Source: Candidatus Omnitrophota bacterium | GTDB lineage: Bacteria; Omnitrophota; Gorgyraeia; Zapsychrales; Zapsychraceae | Direction: 5' to 3' | Length of the DNA stretch: 64,000 nucleotides | Assembly: GCA_029261055.1 (NCBI GenBank) | Contig: JAJDCA010000015.1 | Span: 19,998 to 83,997, forward strand | Part shown: piece after piece, positions 28,940-37,300 of the stretch | Layout: each line of letters starts with the position of its first letter | Position numbering within the stretch: position 1 is the stretch's first letter | Translations under genes and position numbers: made by a program | The notes under the pieces: model-generated | What the model was told of the DNA's origin: nothing | Seen by the model: only the letters and a program-made list of their open reading frames with translations | The model's database searches: none

Positions 28940-30382
28940 TTATTGACCATAAATATAGTTTGTAGTGTTGGTAATATCCTCAAAAAATCCTAATATATTC
29001 ATCCTATTTACTATTGTAGGATCATGGTGGATAATATTAATTTGTCTATAAGACTTAGGAACTATTACATTTACTGTTAAAACATTTCTATTGACTATTG
29101 AAACATGAGTATCTCCTGGTTCTCCAGTAAGATGATCCATAAAATAAAACTCTCTTGTAAATGTTTCAGTTTTTAAATATGGAACAATTTGTTCTGTCAT
29201 CTCAGGAAATCTAAAATTGATCTGTTCCGCTAATATACCATCAACTTCCTTCCCATTCAATCTCACATAAGCATCAACTTTAGACACAAATTCCTCTGGA
29301 TTATTTGAACTATTTGCAGACTGAAGAATCTCTGTTCTTCCAACTTTGCCTTCTTTAGCAGCTTTAGCAAGACGAGCAGATTCTATTTTGTTTGCAGCTG
29401 CTTGGATCCCTGTTACAGCCAAATACCCTGCCGCTGCAAAAATAGCTCCTTGCCCAGCACCAGCACCAAAACTTCCTCCCGTTAATACAGAACCGACACC
29501 TCCTGCAACAGCCCCACTCGCCGCTGCTCCAATAAATCCTCCAAGTGAGCCTCCGACTAAATCTCCTATACCGGCACCAATACTTGCTGTTAATATGCCT
29601 ATACCTGCAGATTTTGCAAAATCACCCCAACTCCCATCATACAGCATTGTATTGTAAGCCGCGCTAGCTATAGCACCCAAAACCGGATTAATAAACGATA
29701 ATGTAATACCTATAACGACACCTTTGTACTTATCAGGAACAAAAGGTAATAATATTTTACCAGCAATTTTAAAGAGCTTCTTCCAAAACCCAAAACCATC
29801 GGGGTCAATATTATTTACAGGGTTATTTCCTGCGTAGTGATATCTATTGAACGTAATTGAACTAGTAGAATTCTGTACTGTAGGGTCAGCCGTAATAAAT
29901 CTACCAAGAGACGGATCATAATACCTCGCCCCATAGTAATAGAGCCCCGTCTCTTCATCCAATGGTTTGCCGGTGAAATAGTAGTTGGCGACTGACTCAC
30001 ATGAGGGATCGTCAATTGGGCAGTATTTATCTTGTTTTGAATACCCCCCGAATGGCTTGTATTCGTAGACTTCCCTCTTAGCGCCTGTATCATCCGTTAA
30101 GACATTCGTTCCACCGAGGTGGTCGTTGTGATAATAAAGGATCTTATCACCTGACACTGAGGCAATACGTGTACCGCCAAAGAAAATATAATTCGTCGAG
30201 CGACCGTTGGTTTCTTCGTACAAGGAACCGACATAAATTGTTTCAGTAACCGTCGTACTACTGGAACTGGTACTCCCGCTATCAAAGAACATTTTATTAT
30301 GGACCAAATACCCACCCGCGAAATAATTGTGATGTTGGTCGACTTCGATATTATACACACGCACAGCAGGCTGTTGATACAT
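28940..30382 (-). CDS. Orphan Rhs C-terminal cassette: the last ~15 residues of a Hint domain, then the Rhs core end (DPDGF), a glycine-zipper segment and a unique ~130-aa C-terminal toxin tip.
   Basis: AVRVYNIEVDQHHNYFAGGYLVHNK...YYHNDHLGGTNVLTDD...YYGARYYDPSLGRFITADP...NNIDPDGF is homologous to the corresponding segment of the 2,903-aa Rhs protein at about 75% nucleotide identity. The C-terminal 130 aa are unrelated. Confidence 0.75.
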   Translation of the reverse strand: MYQQPAVRVYNIEVDQHHNYFAGGYLVHNKMFFDSGSTSSSSTTVTETIYVGSLYEETNGRSTNYIFFGGTRIASVSGDKILYYHNDHLGGTNVLTDDTGAKREVYEYKPFGGYSKQDKYCPIDDPSCESVANYYFTGKPLDEETGLYYYGARYYDPSLGRFITADPTVQNSTSSITFNRYHYAGNNPVNNIDPDGFGFWKKLFKIAGKILLPFVPDKYKGVVIGITLSFINPVLGAIASAAYNTMLYDGSWGDFAKSAGIGILTASIGAGIGDLVGGSLGGFIGAAASGAVAGGVGSVLTGGSFGAGAGQGAIFAAAGYLAVTGIQAAANKIESARLAKAAKEGKVGRTEILQSANSSNNPEEFVSKVDAYVRLNGKEVDGILAEQINFRFPEMTEQIVPYLKTETFTREFYFMDHLTGEPGDTHVSIVNRNVLTVNVIVPKSYRQINIIHHDPTIVNRMNILGFFEDITNTTNYIYGQ

Positions 30383-30467
30383 CTAAACCTTTACCTTGTT
30401 CAATTTCAACTTCTCGTAATTTAATGATGATTTCTTCCGGCTTGTACCTTTTTCCCATTTTTAACCC
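30383..30467 (-). mobile_element. Remnant of an IS3-family OrfA N-terminus, out of frame and fused to the start of the orphan Rhs cassette.
   Basis: The minus-strand translation MGKRYKPEEIIIKLREVEIEQGKGL resembles an IS3/IS911-type OrfA start. It abuts the exact point where homology to the main Rhs gene begins. Confidence 0.4.
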
Positions 30468-30835
30468 CTTTCTGTTGCCTCATTCTATCACAAAAAGTGG
30501 ATCAACTTCTGGGGGGTGGGTCAGGGCCTCGTTTAGACACGGGACTATCATTAATTATATTTAAAACAATTTTCTTCTGATTCTTAATCAAGAATAATCC
30601 TAATACAAAAAATACTAAAAATAAAAATATATGTTTCATAATTAAACGCGTAACACTTACTTATCATAATATACATTATGATAAGTCAATTCTTTGACAA
30701 CCAATATTATCGTATTTTTAAATTAGTCAGGTGGGAATTCACATTACCAAATTCTCATTATAACGAAAAAAGTGTATCTTAACCTTTTCCAAAATACAGT
30801 CTTAATTCGGTAATGGGACTTTTTTGGGGATAATT

Positions 30836-31336
30836 CTACACACCTTTAATTTGGCTTCCATTACGATCAGAATTAAACGCGTAACATTTAGCAAAAGAAC
30901 GTGTAATTAAAAATAACGAAAAACCAAATATCAGCACTTCAAAATAAGGTATATACTGCATTGATGAAGTATCAATAATATGAACGTTGCTTTCCCTTAG
31001 ATTTGCAGGAATTTCAGGGAGAAGGAAATAATTAATCCAAAAGATAACGACACTCCAAATTGAAAAAATTAACTTCAAAATTAAGGCCCATTTTAGTACA
31101 AGTGAACTCCAGGTTCGGCTAAAGAGCAAACCCATTCCACCAAGAATAAAGAGCATTGGAATTATCGCGGAATAAATAATACTCGCCATTTGAAAATTCC
31201 ATCCATGCAAATTAATAAGACTTTTTAAATTTGAAAAAATAAAAATTAAAGAATGATAATTTTCTTTGAATTGGACAACGCCATAGAGTAACGCTAACAT
31301 GGAAAAAATTTTTATTAATTTTATTTTTTTAACCAT
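30836..31336 (-). CDS. Small multi-TM membrane protein. Candidate immunity protein for the main Rhs C-terminal toxin.
   Basis: 166 aa with 4 TM segments. Its start is 10 bp downstream of the Rhs stop. AT-rich. Confidence 0.45.
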   Translation of the reverse strand: MVKKIKLIKIFSMLALLYGVVQFKENYHSLIFIFSNLKSLINLHGWNFQMASIIYSAIIPMLFILGGMGLLFSRTWSSLVLKWALILKLIFSIWSVVIFWINYFLLPEIPANLRESNVHIIDTSSMQYIPYFEVLIFGFSLFLITRSFAKCYAFNSDRNGSQIKGV

Positions 31337-31345
31337 AAAGACTCC

Positions 31346-34300
31346 TTATCTCTGCAACACACGCCCTCCTAGAAGACGCCCTTCAGTTATCGGAGATGTT
31401 CGCTGTGAAATATTTCCATTTCTAAAATTTGTTTGCTGAATCCATGCTGATCCTACATCTAATTCATTCCATGTCCTAGTAAAACTTTTTGTATTACCAA
31501 AATATGTTTTAAAATGGCCATTTTGTCTATATGTAGTTTCTCTGTGGTATTCTGCACGATATATTCCAGCGCTCAATGATGTTAATCCGGGGGCTTGAAT
31601 TGTCCCAACATTTTTCCAATTTCCGACTTTAACTGTTTGAATGTGAGAATCTCCAACCCAACTGCCGATGACATTATAAAATTTATGTACAATCAATTCA
31701 TATTTTTTATTCAAATACCCTCCAGGATGAAATGAATCATTTGCAACAAATCCTATGGCGGCTGATACACCACCTAATTTTGCTCCGTCTCCAAAATTAC
31801 CTCCGGTTACTGAGGAAAGGCTTCCACCGATAACGGCCCCTACAATCGAACGACGAGCAAAATTTCCTGAAAATTGAGAAAAAGTATCATTAGTCGTTGT
31901 TTGTAGAAATGGTATCCTTTGCCCGGCTAATTGCGCAACCCCTGCACTCACTCCGCCTATTAAGGCGCTTATTCCTGGGTCGCCACCTAAAATTGTTGTA
32001 TTAATCCCTCCTGATATTGCGCCGCCTATCGTATGCGCAGAAATCTGGGCTGAGCCACTTAATCCTAAATCACCTATGCCTCCAAATATCAACCCACTTA
32101 TAGCTCCCGTTAGAAATCCATCTCCTATATCCCCACCTGTTGCCGCAGCTGTGGCGCCTCCAATGAGAGATCCAAAGAATGCACTTTTAAATAAACCCGC
32201 AAAAAAACTAAAGAGTGCAAAGTTTCCACTGGGATCAACCAAATTAATCGGATTATTATGGACGTAAGTATACCTATTAAATGTTTGTGGATTTTCAGGA
32301 TACGGCACAATTGTATCTGACGTTATAAATCTTCCAATAGATGGATCGTAATAGCGGGCTCCGTAGTAATATAACCCTGCTTCATCGTCGAAGGGTTTCC
32401 CGGTAAAATAGTACAACGCTGTTTCCTGATCATTACCATATTTTTCATGTGTGGCAAAACCACCGTATGGTAGGTACTCGATGAGTTCCTTCTTAGTTCC
32501 TGTATCATCTGTGAGAATATTGGTGCCGCCTAAATGGTCGGAGTGGTAGTATAAAACTTTGTTCCAGGAAACAGAGGCAATTCTTGTATCACCAAGAAAG
32601 ATGTATTGGATTGGACGATTATTGGTTTCCTCGTACATCGTTCCGATATAGATGGTTTCGGTCGTTGTGCTTGTGTCATTTGAAGTCATGTTAAAGAATG
32701 ACATTTTGTTGTGGACAAGATACCCACCGGCAAAGTAGTTGTGATGCTGGTCGACTTCGATGTTATATACCCTTACCGCGGATTGTGTGGTAATTTTTTC
32801 GATTTTTTCAATACTCGCATCCGTTAGATCTAGGCTCAGAAGTTTATCTTCAACAGATAGCTTGCCAATTTCACGCCATTCTCCTTGTGAATAGAATTGG
32901 TGATTGTCCGTCACACGTAAAGTATCATTAATGATTAAATATTCATCAGCAAATTCTCCATTAAAGAAATTCGTCACTGTTGATATAACCTTCTCTCCTG
33001 TACGCTCATTAAAACTCATAACAGCATCACCGATTTGTATCTCTTCAATCGATTTTGTACGCCCATCCGCCATCAAAACAGGTGTTCCTGCTAGAAAACA
33101 CGTGTTATTTCCTGATGGTGTTCCATGCCCGACACCATTTTCAAATGTTACTTTCTTCGTACGTCCTCCATCACCATCATATTTATATTGGGCAATAAGC
33201 ACCCCTGCCTTTTTTACTTCTGTCAGAAGGTTTCCAATATCATAGGTATAATTGATACTGACACCATTTTTAATCTTTGCTGTCATATTACCGTTGGCAT
33301 CATAGGTATAGATCTCGGTGGTGGCACCATCCGTCCGCGATGTCACTGCATGCGGGCCAGCACTGTTTTGACCGTAGGTATATGTAAACCCATCTTTCTG
33401 AATAATATTCCCGATGGTATCATAGGAATACGTCTTGGTGCCGTACGCTTCCCCTACGGCTTGCGTCAAACGACTTAAGGCGTCGTATTGGAAATTTTGT
33501 GTGGCCGTATGGATATTATCAACAATAGACCCCACATTACCCACTGCATCATAAGTATATGAAAAATCTTGTAAAACGCTATTATCTGTACTACTTGTTT
33601 TTACTTGTAGTAACCGTAAATTTAATGGATCGTAGGTATTGCTGGTTATGACACCATTGCCATATTCAATTTGTGTGATCTGCCCATTAACATTATATTT
33701 TATATTTCTTACAAATGAAGTTGATGCAATAGTTCCTGCCACTACATCAATATTTACTACAGCCACATTACTATCTAATTTTCCATCGTTTACCTTAAAA
33801 ATAAAATTATCTTTACCAAGATAATCTACATTTGGTGTATACATTAATTCGGGCGCTGTTCCTGATATTTTGCCATTCGTTGGGAATGTTACAATACTAT
33901 ATGTTAATACATCGTTATCTGCATCATTGCCAGTTAATGTAATAGGTAAAGTACCATTCATATTAATGGTTAAACTGCTTTGATCATTAGCGACTGGAGG
34001 CTCATTGGTTTGAGGTGGACTTACTAATTGAATTATGTCAGAAATTTCACTGGAGCTTAGAGCATCATTGTATACACGCACATCGTCAATACTGCCTTTA
34101 AAATAAATTCCATTACGTCTACCATTAAAAATATCTGCTTCTGAACCATCGCCAATATAGCCATACCGAGTTACGCCGTTCCCAAGTTTCACATTAGTGC
34201 TATAAGCATCACTTTGACTGTCTAGTACACCATCAACATAAATCTTTTTATCATTAACTTGACTAGCATCAAACACCCCGCACACATGATGCCATTGGCC

Positions 34301-37300
34301 GTCATCGACTCGGACGGAACTCGCCATATCATGAATCGCACTTCCCTCACCTCGTGTATCCCAAGAGATTTTACCGATATCTTCTGGTGCATTATGAAAG
34401 TTAATCCCCAATGACCAATACTCACTTCGATCATAATCTACTATTGTTTGTCGTGAAGAAGAACTTGTATTGATCCACGCACAGGTTGTTATTTTATTAA
34501 TTTCCCCAGCAACATTGTAACTTAGATTATTTATCGCTACATAATCGTTCGTGCCATCAAAATCTAATCCATTATTAATTTTTCCAGAAACCCAAGCAGC
34601 ATTCGTCATATTAAACAACGTGCCATTATTTCCATTTCCTGTTGCATCATTAGCATTATTCCCACTTGTTTCATCAAAATTCCAATGACCTATGAATGTA
34701 TTAATTGATGTAGTTGTTAATACATCTAATCTGATTTTTACTACATTACTATCTGCCGTGCCATCATTCACCTTAAATGTAAAACTGTCTGCTCCTACAT
34801 AATTCAAATTTGAACTATATATTAAATTTGGAGCTACTCCTGATAAACTTCCATTCGTTGGTTGAGTTATTACAACATACGTTAATGTATCTCCATCTGC
34901 ATCACCACCTGTTAGTGTTATAGCTAAATCTGTGCCTTGATTGGTTGTCAATCCATTCTGACTATTTGCCGTTGGCGCTGTATTATCTGGTGACACTATT
35001 TTAAAGCTCACCGCTGTTTCTGATTTAAAAGAATCGTTAAAAAGTATTCTCACTTCGTAATCCCCGGGAGGTAATCCAGAGTCAAATGCAATTCTCCCAT
35101 TGATAATTCCTGTGGTGCCGGTTTTTGTTCCATCTGTATAATACCATCCCAAGTTACTAGTATTCGCTGATCCAGCAGAAAACAACCCTATCCAGTCACT
35201 TGAATTCGCTAAAGCATTAAAAAAAGTCACTGTGATGGCCTCATTAGGGGCATATGTAGTTTTATTGATAAAAAGTAATGGCGGGTTTGCTCCAACGATA
35301 AAAGATTCTTTTGATTCTACTTCAAAAGAATTATTAGAAAACATTCTTGTCTCATATACACCATCAACGTTTAATCCATTATTAATTTTCGTAGAAACCT
35401 GATCAGTATTCGTCATATTAAACAACGTACCATTATTCCCATTTCCTGTCGTATCGGCAGCATTGTTCCCACTTGTTTCATCGATTTGTCTCTGAGCAAT
35501 GTAATCCTCTATGCTAGAAGGTGGTATGATATTATCACTAGGCCCAAAAGATGGAATATATCCAGGTGCAGCATTGAAAATATTACGATTTACAATGCGA
35601 AGATTATCCATACTCCCATTTAAATTTTCATAACTACCTCCATGAGGCCCTTCCCCAATGTAAAGCCCTCCCATATAATTAAACGTATTTTCAGTCTGCC
35701 GATACCCCGTCTGTTTACCATCTAAATAAAGTCCATATTTATCCCCCACTTTAACTAAAGCTACATGATGCCATTCATTATCAGTAATTTTGCCACCTTG
35801 TACGGAAATAATACGGTTAAAATTTATTTCTGCAGAAAATTCTAATTTATCGCGGTGCCCCAATTGCCATTCATTTGAACTATTAGATTTATGAACCACA
35901 TAATAATTTGGACTTACAAGGTCTCTATGCTTAACCCAGAGGTCAATGGTCCAGTCTTGAATGGGTGATGCAACAATATCCCAGTCAGGACTATCATCAA
36001 TGTGTAGAAAAGTTTTACTATTAAATGAAAGGCTAGTGCCTGAGAATTTTCCATCTGTAAAATCTAATTCTGGATTCTTATGCGGTATTATTGTGTGCCT
36101 CTTAGATGTATCCGTAAGCGCTGCGTCTATATTTTGCCCATCAAAAAGTAAAAGCAATTTTGTTTCTGGAAACAAAGGAACGGGTGGAGGTTGCGGGGTA
36201 GCATTTCTTTGATTCGAAGTTGGACCATCCACTTGCCCATTATATGCGGAAACCACAAAATAATACGTTGTCCCATTATTTACTTCAGCAACAACAAAAT
36301 TCGTTGTATTCCCAACATCGATTATATTTATCTTATTATTCTCAGAAGTTCCGTATTTAATTTTATAGCCTTCTGCATTATTGACACTGGTCCAACCCAA
36401 GCTTATATTTTTATCCCTACCAACAGAAACATTCAATGTTGGTGCATCTAAAACTATTGTGTTTACTTCATTTGAATTTTGACTTTCTGTTTGAATATCA
36501 TACGCTATAACTACAAAATAGTACGTAAGTCCGCCACTTAACCCAGTAACATTAAAGCTATGGACATTACCTACATCAATTATTTTTATATAACTTCCTT
36601 TGGAGGTTCCGTATTTAATTTTATAGCCTTCTGCATTATCGACACTGGTCCAATCTAAGCTAACGCCCTGATTTTCTACAACTACGGTATTCAAAACTGG
36701 AGGATCTATTATAGGTGGTGCTGGTATGATTTGTTGATTAGAAATTTCTACTACCTGTCCCGCAGCATTATATCCATAATACATATTTTTTGTATTTGGA
36801 TACTGTATTTTTACAATCGAATTTAGTGCATCATAATCTCGTTGGACATTATAAGCCTGATTATTAATTTTTTTTATTGATTGAATTTCTCTCCCCAAAG
36901 GATCATATATAAACTGAACATCACCTTTAGTATAATCGGCTTGTGTTAACTTTCCTTTTGAATGAGACACAGATGCATCATCATAGGTATAATTAACATC
37001 CAGATCTCCTCCATCCGTCTTATTTACAAGGCGATTTAAAGCATCGTAGGTAAATGTAATCTTTTGTCCTTTGGCGTCCATTTGTTCAATAAGGTTGCCG
37101 TTAAGATCATACTCGTACGTCCAAATCCCCATGTCTGGATCATCCATTTTTATTTTACGCCCAAGTTTGTCATATGTAATGTTGGTCGTATTACCCTGTT
37201 GATCTTGTGTTTGGATTAAATTACCAGAGATATCATAGGTATACTGTGTGGTCGCATAGAGAGTAAAAGGTTCCATGGGATAAAAATTTGAATCACGCCC

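Noticed and set aside
29346-29657. Plus-strand ORF encoding a Pro/Ala-rich peptide opposite the orphan toxin.
   Set aside because: It is antisense to the glycine-zipper (GGN/GCN-rich) segment, a composition artefact.
32706-33111. The Hint domain as a true protein-splicing intein.
   Set aside because: The domain begins with Cys and ends with HN, but the +1 residue is Lys (VHN-K) in both copies, so there is no nucleophile for splicing. No homing-endonuclease insert is present. This fits bacterial intein-like (BIL/Hint) domains of polymorphic toxins better.
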